From: Mobula hypostoma
Lineage: Eukaryota
Direction of reading: 5' to 3'
NCBI RefSeq assembly: GCF_963921235.1
Contig: NC_086108.1
Coordinates: forward strand, 107,014,001 to 107,078,000
Length of the DNA stretch: 64,000 nt
Shown here piece after piece: positions 34,831-47,934 of the stretch. The notes under the pieces were generated by a model that was given only the letters and a program-made list of their open reading frames with translations, was not told where the DNA came from and made no database searches. Each line of letters starts with the position of its first letter. Positions within the stretch are counted from its first letter, which is position 1. Made by a program: the position numbers and the translations under genes.

Positions 34831-35977
34831 ACAATCCTGATTGAGAAGTTGCGGAACCTGGGCCTCTGTACCTCCCTCTGCAACTGGATCCTCAACTTGC
34901 TAACCAGAAGACCACAATCTGTACGGATTGGCGATAACATCTCCTCCTCGCAGACGATCAACACTGGTGCACCTCAGGGGTGTGTGCTTAGCCCACTGCT
35001 CTACTCTCTCTATACCCATAACTGTGTGGCTAGACATGTTCAAATACCAGCTATAAATTTCCTGATGATACAACCATTGTTGGTAGAATCTCAGATGGTG
35101 ACAAGAGGGCGTATAGGAGCGAGATATGCCAACTAGTGGATTGGTGTCACAGTAACAACCTGGCACTCAAAATCAGTAAGACGAAAGATATTTTTGTGGA
35201 CTTCAGGAAGGGTAAGATGAAGGAACACATACTAATCCTCATAGAGGGATCAGAAGTAGAGAGAGTGAGTAGTTTCAAGTTCCTGGATGTCATGATCTTT
35301 GAGGATCTAACCTGATCCCCACATATCGATGCAGTTATAAAGAAGGCAAGACAGAGGCTATACTTCATTAGGAGTTTGAAGAGATTTGGTATGTCAACAA
35401 ATACACTCAGAAACTTCTACAGATATACCACGCAGAGCATTCTGACAGGCTGTATCATTGTCTGCTCTGGGGGGGGGAGGGTGGCTACTGCATAGGACTG
35501 AAAGTAGCTGCAGGGGGTTGTAAATTTAGTTGGCTCCACCTTGGGTACTAGTCTACAAAGTACCCAGGGCATCTTCAAGGAGTGGTGTCTCAGAAAGGCA
35601 GCGTCTGTTATTAAGGACCTCCAGCACCCAGGGCATGCCCTTTTCTTACTGTTACCATCAGGCAGGAGGTACAGAAGCCTGAGGGCACACATTCAGTGAT
35701 TCAGGAACAGATTATTCCCCTCTGCCGTCTGATTCATAAATGGACATTGAACCCTTGGACGCTACCTCACTTTTTAAATATATATTATTTCTGTTTTTTT
35801 GCAGTTTTTATTCTATTCAATATACGTATACGGTTTTGATTTACCTATTTATTTATTATTATTATTTCATTTTGTGTTTTTTTTTCTTCAATGTTATGTA
35901 TTGCATTGAACTGCTGCTGCTAAGTTAACAAATTTCATGACACATGCCGGTGATAATAAACCTGATTCTCATTCTGA
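34831..35977 (+). mobile_element. Rex1/Babar LINE, 5'-truncated (RT plus 3'UTR)
   Basis: [24 protein letters not shown]...[44 protein letters not shown]; tail AATAAACCTGATTCTCATTCTGA. Confidence 0.92.
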
Positions 35978-36344
35978 TGTACTGTACTATAATGGTCTAT
36001 GTTCTATATTCTATATACTGTGCATCAAAATATCAAAACAAGAAGTAAAATGTGTTGTTTTGCTTTAATGTGTTATTTTGTTGTGCCAATCATTACCCTA
36101 CCATGCAGTGCCACAGTATGACAAAAGTGCAGGACACAATTTGTTCTGGCTGAGAGGAGATTTCCTGTAATTCAAACGGAAGAAGATTGGCTTCACTGGT
36201 CACTTGCATATTGAACCATACCATGAAATGTGTTGCTTCTATCAAATCAAAACGGCACAGACCATGCTGGGCTGTCCGAAAGTGTCACCACACTTCTGGC
36301 ACCGACATAGCAGAACTACAATTTACAAATCCTAACCGTACATA

Positions 36345-36870
36345 GAGTCACAGAAAAGTACAGCACAGAAACAGGCCCTTTGGTTTATCTAGTCTGTGCC
36401 AAACCATTTAAACTGCCTACTCCCATCGACCTGCGCTGGGAAAATAGCTCTCCATTCCCTTACCATCCACGTAGCTATCCAAACTTCTAGTTAACTGAAA
36501 TCAAGCTTGCATGCAACACCTGGTAGCTCGTTTCCACACTCGCATGACTCCCTTAGTGAAAGAGTTCCCTCTTAAATTTTTCACCTTATTGTGATCTCCG
36601 GTTGCAGTCCCACCCAACCCCAGTGGAAAAAAATGGTATACATTTACCATATCTATACCCCTCATAATCTTATATGTGTCTATCAAATCTCTCCTCAGTC
36701 TTCTATGCTTCAAGGAATAAAGTCCTAATCTATTCAATCTTTCCTTATAACTCAGGTCCTCCAGGCCCAGCAACATGCTTGTAAATTTTCCCTGTACTCT
36801 TTCAAACTTAATTACATCTTTCCTGTAGGTAGGTGACCAAAATTGCACACAATACTCCGAACTAGACTTC
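36345..36870 (-). mobile_element. CR1 LINE 3' fragment
   Basis: EYCVQFWSPTYRKDVIKFERVQGKFTSMLLGLEDLSYKERLNRLGLYSL. Confidence 0.9.
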
Positions 36871-37049
36871 CCAAATGTCTTACACAGCTTGGAATGTGGG
36901 AGAAAACCAGAGCACCTGCAAGAAACCCACAGAGTTACAGGGGTAACGTACAAGCTCCTTACAGCCAGCGGTGGGAAGGAAAACCCAGTCTTACAGACAG
37001 TGTTACAAACTGCCCCAGCAAAATAATGGCTCTTTCTCTTCATGGTGTA

Positions 37050-37565
37050 TGGTGTATATAAGACTTATAGGAAGAGGTAGCTACTCTGATAAGGATATTT
37101 GTCATGTCCATTCTGGGGCAGGTCACTAACCCCTGGCCACCAACAGACACCCAGATCGCACTTGTGGCTCCCAGTAGTTCTTTGCATGTGAGAACAGCCG
37201 CAGTGTGGTACATTGCTTCGACGGGCGGGCTAAACCAGCTGAGGCTAGCCGGTGGCCTCATACCCAGGTGAGATAGTGGCCTGCCTATCCTAGCATGAGA
37301 AGTCAGTTACAGTGGACAGGGTGAGATCAACAGTGAGGTACAACAGCCAGGAGGTGTTCTGAAACACTCCATGGAGAACGAAGGGCATGACAAGGCACAG
37401 AAGAAGTCATGGTCATCCGCTGCAACCAAAGAAGACCCTTGCTGTGGCGGCTACTCATACCACAGGACGTGGACCTCAGAGATCAAGAGAGCAGAACTGT
37501 CCCGATGCAATGCTTTTTCCATTAAAAACCCTCACACACAGGTTTCTTGTCTTCATCAAATATGC
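37050..37565 (+). mobile_element. Older relative of the HDV-headed RTE derivative
   Basis: Colinear with 21270-21640: TGTGGCTCCC.GTAG, GCTTCGAC, GGCTAAACCAG.TGAGG.TAGCCG, GGTGAGATAG, TGCCTATCC, GACAAG.CACAGAAGA.GTC.TGGTCATCC.CTGC. Confidence 0.8.
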
Positions 37566-38574
37566 CCCATTACTGAAACCCCGTTTGTCAATGGCCTTTG
37601 AGCGGGATGGACCCTTGAAGTCACTTGTTGCATGTAAATTTGGGATTTTTGTTTAAATTAAGCCACTCCATGTATAGTAAATATCTGTTTTGCATGGACT
37701 GGAGTAGCACCACAATCTCAGTGTCTTGACCAATGGCAATAAAGTTCTATTCTATTGTATTCTATGAGATTATTACAGTGAAATGGGCCATGGAAAGTTC
37801 CATCAGTCCAGATTTGTGTCAAGACAACAATGAAAGGATTTCAGTAAGCATGGGAAAATTAACCTGTTCTGCTCATTTCCCCATATGTTCTGGTTGTAAT
37901 GATGGTGGAACAGTTGTCATTTGCTGTTACTGTTCGGTAGGTTTTCATGGATTCCTTAATTAGACCTGGAATTTCCATGTTGCTATCAATACTGCAGGTC
38001 TCCTGGCATGAGGACATATTTACAGAAAGGTGCTGGAAAACGGCCAGTGATATCATGAAGGATATCACCCACCCTCCTCACCGGCTCTTCGTTCCACTCT
38101 CATCAATGAGGATGCCATGTAACTTCCACACCAGGACCACTGGGCTCAAAATCATTTCCCTTTCCTAAGCAGTAAGGCTGATCAACAACTCCACCCATTA
38201 ACGCACCCCTCCACAACCCCAACCACCACTACTTTATCATTTCCTGTCAGTCACCTTATGTACAGACACTCTGGTGCCTAGCGTCACTTCATGGATATCC
38301 ATTCGATCTATGTATATAAGCTATCTTATGTATTTAAATTTATTGTGTTTTTATTCTTACTGAGTTGTTCACCTTATTGTGTTTCACTTTGGTTCTGGTT
38401 TAAGGTGGCACTACTGGTCATTTGTAAGGCAAGAAATACAACTAAAAGCATTATTAATACCACCTTTTCTGAAGTAAATTCTGGTAAACTATCACCACAA
38501 ACAATGAAGAGGGGAGCCAAGGCAATACTGACTTGAGGGGTGAGCTGCACTGGTCCATTGCAGTCGAAGCCTAG

Positions 38575-39238
38575 AGTGTTCAAGATGGGGTTGCAGATGG
38601 AGTTAGAGAGAGTGATTCGGAGAGGAGGAATTTGGATTCCCGTCCAACTAACCCGGGTACGAGGTTGGATCGCTCTATGCACCGAGCCAATTTAAAGAGG
38701 TCGAGAACGCCCTCGGGCTAGGTGGCAAGTTCTAGGTCCAGAGCGCATAGCTGCACAAGGGCCCAGATCCTAATGTGAGGCACACACCTCTATTTGGACA
38801 ATTTAAACGTTGTCCAGATAGACTGGAAAGGCAGACTCGGGTGGTGACAATTTTGCACACTCTTGTGCGATGTTCACTCCTCTCTCTGTGGCGCTGCGGC
38901 TGTGAAATTGCCCCGGCTGTTGTGCTTCATGTCTGCGAGCATCACCATGATTTGCCCCACTAATATGATGAACTGAGACCGAGGCTTTGGGCCTGCTCCA
39001 GCTGCTCCGGGTATTCAGGTCTAAGGACTCAATTTGGTTCGGAATCCTGGTGCTTGGTGTTTGCTTCTGTTGTTTGCATGGTTTGTGTTTTTTTTTCTCT
39101 TTCTCTGCACAATGGGTGTTGGTATTTCTTTTGTTTTATTTGGATTTTTTTTCAGGTGTCTTGTTTTCTAGCTGTCTGTAAGCAGACGAATCTCAAGGTT
39201 GTATAATTGGTAATAAGTGTACTTTGAATCTTTGAATC
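38575..39238 (+). mobile_element. Non-autonomous LINE derivative with Rex/Babar-like tail
   Basis: CpG-rich non-coding body starting near CAAGATGG; ends GAATCTCAAGGTTGTATA...AATAAGTGTACTTTGAATCTTTGAATC. Confidence 0.5.
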
Positions 39239-39821
39239 CTTTCTGCTGCATCGGAACTGGAGTAGCAATTACTTTGATCTCCTCTACATTTGTGTACTGG
39301 AAATGACATTAAACAATCTTGAATCCCTTGAATCAGTTCTGCTTTTTGTCTTACGCACAACACCGAATGTAGAGCAGTTAAATAAACACAAGAGATTCTG
39401 CACAGATATAGAAAATACTGGGGTGAGGGGAAGGAATAAGAGGTTGACATTTTAGGTTGACTCCCTTTATCAGAGGACATCTGGAACAGTTGTAGCACAG
39501 GAACAGACCCTTCATCTACGGTGCCTGCATGACAATAACGCAAGCTAATCCCATCTGCCTGCACGTGGTCCATGTCTCTCTATCTTCTGCATGTTCATGT
39601 ACCAGTCTAAATACCTCTGAAATATTTCTGCTGTATCTGCATCTACTACTTCCCCTGGCAAAGAGATCCAAGCAACGGCCAATCTCTTTGTAAGAAAAAA
39701 CTTGTCTCATACATCTCCTTTAAACTTTCTCCCCCCAGCTTAAAATTCTGCCCTCTACTCCATGACATTTGACTCTACCTACCCCATCAATGCCCTTCAT
39801 AATTTTATATACTTCTGTCTG

Positions 39822-40270
39822 GTTGTCATCGATCAGATGGGGCTTGTCGGCTGCGGTTGGCAGCTCAGCGAGGAGAAGGAAAACTGTCATCTCAAATCTC
39901 TGCTGCCTTGAGGCTATACCCACTCATGGGGATGGCATTTGGAGTAAATCCTGAGGGAAAAATCAGGATCTGGATTCCCTAAGTCAGTCTTATGCTGAGT
40001 TCGACGCTGACTGGCAACTCCTGCAACGCTGCCGCTGCCAAACTGTATCGGTCTCTGCCATTCCTTTGGATTCATCAGCTGTGTGGAGAGGGGGAGCTTG
40101 CTGCATGAACAATGGCTTGCTCTCTATATTGTACTGCATCTTTGCTTGTGTACCGACTGACGGTAACCGGACGCACATCGATGGTCAACGCCGCCTAACA
40201 GAGGGTTTGTGTACCGACTGACAGCAACGGGACGCACATCGATGGTCAACACCGCCTTACGGAGGCCCTC
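39822..40270 (+). mobile_element. Non-autonomous RTE-derived element with tandemly duplicated 3' end
   Basis: Homologous to 9275-9815. The terminal unit of about 61 bp (TGTACCGACTGAC...GGACGCACATCGATGGTCAAC.CCGCCT.AC.GAGG) occurs twice. Confidence 0.7.
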
Positions 40271-40335
40271 AATATCAGGTCGACCCTCAGCCTCTGTCAC
40301 TTCAATGAATAATCTGTAGGCCCAACTTCTTAGAT

Positions 40336-40415
40336 CAGGGGTTCCGAACCTAGGGTATACAGACCCCTTAATTAATGGTATAGGTCCATGGCATGAAAAC
40401 GGCTGGGAACCCCTG
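40336..40415. mobile_element. hAT-type MITE
   Basis: TIRs CAGGGGTTCCGAACC and GGCTGGGAACCCCTG; 8-bp flanks TCTTAGAT/TCTTAGCG match at 6 of 8. Confidence 0.75.
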
Positions 40416-40659
40416 TCTTAGCGTGACTACTCACCAATCTAGGCAAAATGGTGGCGAACCTCCCCTGCACTTTCCCTAAGGCCTGCACTTGGGCTGTAGT
40501 GAAGTGACCAGAACCACGCACAATACTGAAAATGTGGCCCCATACTACTGTGTGACTTCCTGTTCATCGTACTCTTAACACCTCAAATAATGATGGCAAG
40601 TGTGTTGTACGCATTCTGTTACCCCCTCTATACCCCTCTTACTAAATTATGAACAGTTT

Positions 40660-41868
40660 TGAATTGGATTAAATTGACTTTATTTCTTACATCCTTCACA
40701 TACACGAGGAGTAAAAATCTTTACCCTACATCTCAGACTAAATGTGCAATGTGCAATTTATAGTAATTGGTAATAAATAGAATGTACTACAGGACAGTCA
40801 ATATAGCATAGAAATATAATTGTACCAGCGTGAATTAATCAGTCTGATGGCCTGGTGGAAGTACCTGTTTTACCGTTTCCTGTATGTAGCAGCTGGAACA
40901 GTTTGTGGTTGGGGTGAACTGGGTCCCCAGTGATCCTTCGGGCCCTTTTTACGCACCTGTCTCTGTAAGTGTCCTGAATAGTGGGAAGTTCACATCTACA
41001 GATGCGCTGGGCTGTCTGCACCACTCTCTGCAGAGTCCTGCGACTGACGGAAGTACAGTTTCCATACCAGGCAGCGATACAGCCATTCAAGAGTCTCTCA
41101 ATTGTGCCCCTGCAGAAAGTCATTAAGATTTGGGGACTCATGCCAAACTTCTTCAACTGTCTGAGGTGAAAGAGGCACTGATGTGTTTTTTTCACCACAC
41201 AGCCGGTATGTACAGACCACATGAGGTCCTCGGTGATGTGTATGCTGAGGAACTTAAAGCTATTCACCCTCTCAACCCCAGATGCATTGATGTCAATGGC
41301 AGTGAGCCTGTCTCTATTCCTTCTGTGGTCCAAAACCAGCTGCTTTGTTTTTGTGACATTGAGGGAGAGGCTGTTTCTTGACACCACTGTGTCAGGGTGA
41401 TGACTTCTCTGTAGGCTGCCTCATTATTATTTGAGATAAGGCCAATGTAGTGTCGTCAGCAAATTTAGTTAGCAGAGTGGAGCTGTGGGTGGCGACACTG
41501 TCATGGGTATACAGAGAGTAAAGGAGGGAGCTTAGGACACAGCCCTGAGGGGCTCCTGTGTTGAGGCTCAGAGGGGCAGAGGTAAGGGAGCCCGCTCTTA
41601 TCACCTGCCAGCGATCTGACAGGAAGTCCAGGATCCAGCTGCACAAGGCAGGGCGAAGGACAAGGTCTCTGAGATTCTTGTCGAGTCTGGAGAGAATTAT
41701 AGGTGTTGAATGCTGAACTGTAGTCCAAGAACAGCATTCTCACATAAGCATCCCTCTTCTCCAGATGTGTAAGGACAGTGTGTAGAGCTGTGGTGTCATC
41801 TGTTGATCATTTGTGTCAGTCGGTGAATTGTAGGGGGTCCAGTGTGGGTGGTAGCAAGCTGCAGATGC
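40660..41868 (-). mobile_element. Rex1/Babar LINE, 5'-truncated
   Basis: [24 protein letters not shown]...[21 protein letters not shown]...KFADDTT; NSLSLNVTKTKQLVLDHRR...VERVNSFKFL. Confidence 0.93.
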
Positions 41869-41924
41869 AGTATAGATAGAGCAAATGCAGGCTTTTTCCA
41901 CTGAGGCTGGGTGAGGTAGGCTGA

Positions 41925-42175
41925 CACAGCAGCGTACGGCTAGCATAAGGCTATTACTGTGCCGGTGACCCAGGTTCAATTCCCACCACTGTCCGAAAAG
42001 AATTCTGTACATTCTCCCCATTACCATGTGGGTTTCCTCCGGGTGCTCCAGTTTCCTCCCACATTCCAAAGACTTATGGCTTAGTAGGTTAATTGGTCAC
42101 ATGGGTGTACTTGGTCGGCGCAGGCTTATTGGGCTGGAAGGACTTGTGACCGTGCTGTATCTCTAAAGAGAATAA
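41925..42175 (+). mobile_element. V-domain SINE
   Basis: B box GGTTCAATTCC; GTGGGTTTCCTCCGGGTGCTCCAGTTTCCTCCCACATTCCAAAGAC...GGTTAATTGGTCAC. Confidence 0.85.
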
Positions 42176-43751
42176 CGAAGAGGATACTAGAACTGGAGAT
42201 CATAGGTTTAGGGTGAAAGGTGAAATGATTAAGGGGAACATGAGAGGAAACTCCTTCACTCAGAGGGTGGTGAGAGTGTGGAACGAGTTTCTGGTGGCAG
42301 TGGTGGATGCAGGTTTGAGTGCAACATTTCAGAGCAGCTGGGCTGGGAGGACATGGATGCTGTGGTCCACGTGCAGGTAGATGGGACTACCAGAATGATA
42401 GCTAGTTGAGCTGGAGGGCCTCTTTCTGTGCTGTAGTGCTCCATAATTCAATAGGAGCTCATTTGTATGTAGGGATGTCCACGCAGCCTGCGTAATGATT
42501 TCACTGCTTGTGGGAGTTTGATATGTGAAATATGCCCGTGTCTCAACAGATTATTTGTAAGCTGTAAAGTTTAAAGTTGTCTCACGCTGGGGAGAAAAGC
42601 TAGAACTGCATTTGAGTAGACATTGTCCAAACTGTACCGCTTGCTTTCAGCTGGATATCATGCAGAAGGAGATCTGTATTCAATAGAATCTGAGGACAAC
42701 TTAAAATGCAGTATGCCGGTGGTGGTGAGATTCTTTAAATATCCAATGTTATCAACTATGCTTGCTTCGTGATTAACTGTGACCCCGAGCCAGGCACATA
42801 CTGTCCCATCCCTGGACTTGTCTAGCTCTGTGACCTTGATCTTAGCTCTCATCCATCACTGTCAAAGAAAGCTAACAATGTTTACCTTTTGTGCAACCCC
42901 TAATTATTTCTGACAGTGTGCAGTCCCTAAAACTCGCCTGGTTTGCCTCAGATATATGCTGCTCCACCAAAAGCTCTTAAATTTTCTTTTCCCAAGGAAT
43001 AACGCTCAGCACCATTCATTCCACAACCCACCCCGCCCCCCACACCATGCGCCGTGACTTCACGCTTACACCCAAAATCTCATATCTACAACTACACAGT
43101 CACTGTCCAACTGCGTTTTCATCTGCCCTGTTGCTACCAAGAAAAGTTCTTCTTGCTAAGAGCTACTTTGTGACACCCACCGTCCAGGTCACACTTGCCA
43201 TCAGGAAAGAGGTACAGGAGTTCAGGACCTACACCACCAGGTTCAGGAACAGCTGTTACCCCTCAACCATCAGGCTCTTCAACCAGAGGGGATAACTTCA
43301 CTCAACTCCGCTGACTCCATCACTGAACTGTTCCCACACCCTATGGACACTCTTCCAATGATTCTTCTTTGTGCATTCTTGATATTTATTGCTTTTTTTT
43401 CTCCTTTTTGTATTTGCGCAGTTTGTTGTCTTTTGCACATTGGTTGTTTGTCTGTCCTGAGTGTGCCCTTTCATTGATTCTGGTGTGTTTCTTTGTATTT
43501 ACTGTGAATGCCAGCAAGAAAATGTATCTCAGGTTTGTATACAGTAACATACATGTACTTTGATAATAAATCGGCTTTGAACTTTGTCATTTCCTGTCAG
43601 AGTCATCTTGCATTCAGATACTCCTGTACCTAGCACCACTTTATGCACAGACACACGCTAATCTTATGTGTATATGGCCACGCTCAACAGTTACTTTTTT
43701 GTTGTGTTTTATTGGACTGATTTTATAATTATATTTACTGTGTTCTTTATG

Positions 43752-45040
43752 AGACCATAAGACCATAAGATATAGGAGCAGAAGTAGGCAGTTTGGCCCA
43801 TTGAGTCTGCTCCGCTATTTAATCATGGGCTGATCCAATTCTTCCAGTCATCCCCACTCCCCTGCCTTCTCCCCATGCCCTGGCTAATCAAGAACCTATC
43901 TATCTCTGCCTTAAATGCACCCAATGACTTGGCCTCCACAGCTGCTCATGGCAACAAATTCCACAGATTTACCACCCTCCGACTAAAGTAATTTCTCCAC
44001 ATCTCTGTTCTAAATGGGCATCCTTCAATCCTGAAGTCGTGCCCTCTTGTCCTAGACTCCCCGATCATGAGAAATAACTTTGCCATAGCTAATCAGTTCA
44101 GGCCTTTTAACATTCAGAATGTTTCTATGAGATCCCCCCTCATTCTCTTGAACTCCAAGGAATACAGCCCAAGAGCTGCCAGACATTCCTTATATGATAA
44201 CCCTTTCATTCCTGGAATCGCTCTCCTTTTTCCATTAAAGATTTCTTCTTATTTGGAATATATCTGTTCTGCACTTCCCTCATTTTTTGCAGAAACTCCA
44301 GTCATTGATGCTCTGCTGTCCTTCCTGCTTGTGTCCCTTTCCAGTCAACCTTGGCCAGTTCTCCTCTTGACCTCCTGTCTGTTCCCCTCACTATGGAATC
44401 CCCTATCATTACTGCATTCCTCATCTTCCTCTTTCCCTTCTGCACCACTGAACCAGGCTCAGTACCAGAGACCCGATCACTGTGCTCATCCTCTGTCAGG
44501 TCACTGGCACCCCCCCACCAACAGCATCCAAAACAAGATAACAATTACTGAGGAGGATAGCCACAGGGGTGCTCTCTGCTGTCTGAGCTCTTCCCTTCCC
44601 TTTCTTGAATGTCACTCACTTATCTAACTCCTGTAGCTTTGGGGTGACTCACTCCCTGTATCGTCTATCTATCTCTTGCTCACTTTCCCTAATAAGCTGT
44701 AGGTCATCAAGACTCAGCTCCAGATCCCTAACATGGTCTCTCAGGAGCTGCATCTCAGTGCACCTGGCACAGATGTGGCCATCTGGGAGGCTGGAAGATT
44801 CCCAGGATTCCCACACCTGACACCCAGAGCAAAGTACTAACCCTACAGACATGCTCTCTATTCCTCAGAAAATGAAAGAGAAAAATGAATTTCACTTACC
44901 CACTTACCTTGCCAAAGTCCAAATGAACCAAAACCCTACCACTCTGATTCAGACCGCTCCTTTGATGACCGCTCTGCTCGGCAGTGTCTTCATTTTATGC
45001 CAGAACCTTCCCTGATCTCCATCTCATAATTAGTGCGCCT
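43752..45040 (-). mobile_element. Multiply deleted CR1 retaining ORF1 N-terminus, an ORF2 sliver and the 3' end
   Basis: ORF1 zinc finger/leucine zipper CSGC...HICARCTEMQLLRDHVRDLELSLDDL; SGNH-like AVMIGDSIVRGTDRR fused directly to ORF2-like RGELAKVDWKGT; then RT end and (CTTATGGT)n tail, same subfamily as 2330-3205. Confidence 0.85.
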
Positions 45041-45065
45041 GTTATAGCTGAGTTCCACAAACCTT

Positions 45066-45250
45066 TCCCTTTTGAACTTCACTCCCAGACCTGTACAATT
45101 TCACCTCTGTCATAGCTCTCCAACTCACAATTGGTGTGCTGGTTATATCCAAGTTCCTGTCAAGCATTCCTTTTTGAACTTCACTCTCAGACTTGTGCAA
45201 TGCCTCCTCTGTCGTAGCTCTCCAACTCATGATTGGTGCGCCGGCTATCT
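45066..45250. repeat. Tandem duplication, about 102-bp period, 2 copies
   Basis: TTTGAACTTCACTC.CAGAC...CTCTGTC.TAGCTCTCCAACTCA..ATTGGTG starts at 45071 and again at 45173. Confidence 0.85.
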
Positions 45251-47934
45251 TACTGTTTTTAAGCTGCCTCAGATATAGAGTAACGATCATTTTGTTCTCC
45301 TTTACACTTGTGTACAGAAGAATGACAATAAACGATCTTGAACCTTGAATCTTGAATATTCGTAGAAGAGTCCTCTTTAACCATTGCAGTCATTGGAGAT
45401 GGTCCAGAGACAGGGTCTATGATCCCAAGAATGAAAGAGTCAGCCAACGGTATGAGGAGAATTTGAAGGCCCTGGGCCTATACTTGATGAAGAATGAGGG
45501 GGAATCTCCTGAACTCTACTGAATATTGAAATGACTAGCTGGAGTGGATATGGAGGGATGTTACCTGTAGTAGGGGAGTCTAAGACCAGAGGACACAGCC
45601 TCAGAGTTGTCCCTTTAGTACAGACTGGGGAGGAGTTTCTTAAGCCAGACGGTAGTGAATTCATTGCCATAGATAACTGTGGGGTCCAAGCCACTGGGTA
45701 TATTTAAAACAGAGGTTGACTGGCAACTCCTGTGATGCTATTGGTACCAATCTGTATCCGTCTCTGCCGTTCCTTTGGGATCATCAGATTGATGGAGAGG
45801 GGGAGCCTGCTTCATGGGCAACAGTTTGATCTCTATATCATACTGCCCAGGCCCATGATGGAATGTGGAGCAGTCCTGTTGGACCAAATGATTTAATTTT
45901 CTCCTATGTCTTATGGAACTGCGGCCAGGAGTAGGCTCCTTGAGATTGCCCACCATTATCAACATCAGTACTGACCTGACTGTAATGTCATCTCCATATT
46001 CCTCCCTTCCCTCCAGAGCCATCTGTAGCAATGAATTCCACAGATTCACTGTCCCCTGGTTGAAGGAATTCCTCTTCATCTTCATTCTAAAGCAATGCCC
46101 TTCTGTTCTGAAAGTCATGGGTTTGTATGTCTGGTGTTAGTCAGGCCATTCTGGAGAATACCGGATCTTTCTTCTGTCTACAGCAGTGGGACATTTTACA
46201 TTGATCTGTGGGAGTGCAGAGTTTGACATTTCATTCCAAAGACATTACCTCGAATGATGTAACACTCCAACGATACTGCACCAAAGCAGAAAAATGGAGT
46301 TGAGAGGGATAATAAATCAGCTATGATGGAATGGTGGAGCAGACTCGATGGGCCGAATGGTCTATTTCTGCTTCTATGTCTTATAGTCTTGTGCCTGTGC
46401 TGATGATGTACTGAAGAGAGACGATAAACAATCTTGAATCCTGAATATTAATGGGGGAATTGTGAAATGAAGGAGTTTGAGATCAAATGATTGAAGCCCG
46501 ATCATAATTTGGGCCCACTGAGAAGAAAGGCAGGGCTGGCTCCTCCTCTGCCTCCTGATGTAGGATCTTATCTTGCAGCAAGAGCTGATATTTCAGCTCC
46601 TAGAGCTGTGCTGAGTAAATTACTAGAGAACACCCCGTAGAGACAATCTGTAGTCGCAATTATTTTACAAGATCGTTCTACATGATTAAATGAACAGATT
46701 AATTAATCAAGAATTTGTCAACCATTACTGCAAATTATTTCGCCTGTGAGTGAGGTGGCCCAGCTGATTTGCAGGTCTTATCTGGCCAGCCTCGCTTTCC
46801 ACAGATGCAATGAGATGAGAACATGTTTAATCCCTGTTTATTGCCTGTGGCTACCGAGAGTGATAAACCAAATGAAAGGCAAGGTGCTGCAGGTTGTTGA
46901 GATCCGAGGTGAAGTCAGAGAATGTGGAGAGCACTCAGTTGGTCAGGCAGCATCCATAGTTAGAGAAATAGAGCCACAGAGCCATATGGCAAGAAAACAG
47001 ACCCTTTGGCCCATTGAATCCATGCCTCCTGTTGCCTCTCCTTACATTGCCAGTGGCTCTATTTCACCAGGAGTCTGGGGAGGTTTGTCAGAACTCATAA
47101 AAGTACAGCACAACACCAGCCCATCAGCTGACAATGTTGTGAGGTGCATCAGCCTATGATGTTGTGTGGCCTATCAGCCTTCAATATTGTGCCAACTTAT
47201 ATTAGCCTACAGTCAACCTGACCCTTCACTCCTGCACAGCACATTAGCCTTCATTTTTCTTACAAAGCCTTTCGAAGAGACTTTTGAATGTCCCTAATGT
47301 AGCAGCCTCTGGTGGTGTGCTCCATGTACCCAGCCCCCGCCCTTTGTCTCCCCTCATCTTCTGTCGCACATTAGTTGTTTGCCAGTCTTTGTTAGAGTGC
47401 AGTTTTTCATTGACCCTATTATATTTCTTTGTTTTACTGTGAATGTCTGTAAGAAAATAAAGCGTGGGGTAGTATATGGTGACATATACATACTTTAATA
47501 ATAAATTTACTTTGAAAAGTATTTTTACTCTGTATCCTATCTATTCTCCTCCTAATTTCAGTAAACTCCTCAGCTTTCTTCGCTCTATGGAAAACAAACC
47601 CAAACAATCCAACATCGCCTCGTAAATACATTCCAATCCAAGCAAGAACCCGGTCAGACCCCACTGCACCCTCTCCAGTTCAGTCACATCATCTGCTTTA
47701 GCGTGGTCTCTAGATTGGCATTCAATACCCTGGGTGTGGACAAACCAGTAACACAGTAACACCAGTAATTCTGCAAATGCTGTAAAGCTTGAGCAACACA
47801 AATGCTGGAGGAACTCAGCCGGTTCAAAGTTCAAAGTACGTATACAATATACAGCTTTGAGATTTGTCACCTGACAGGCAGCCACAAAGCAAAGAAACCC
47901 AATAGAACACATTAAAAAAGGCAGCATCCCTGGA

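Noticed and set aside
42651..42724. Plus-strand exon candidate (tttcAG...GTG|GTGAGA)
   Set aside because: Short, with no recognisable peptide and no compatible partner exon; such site pairs are expected by chance in 64 kb.
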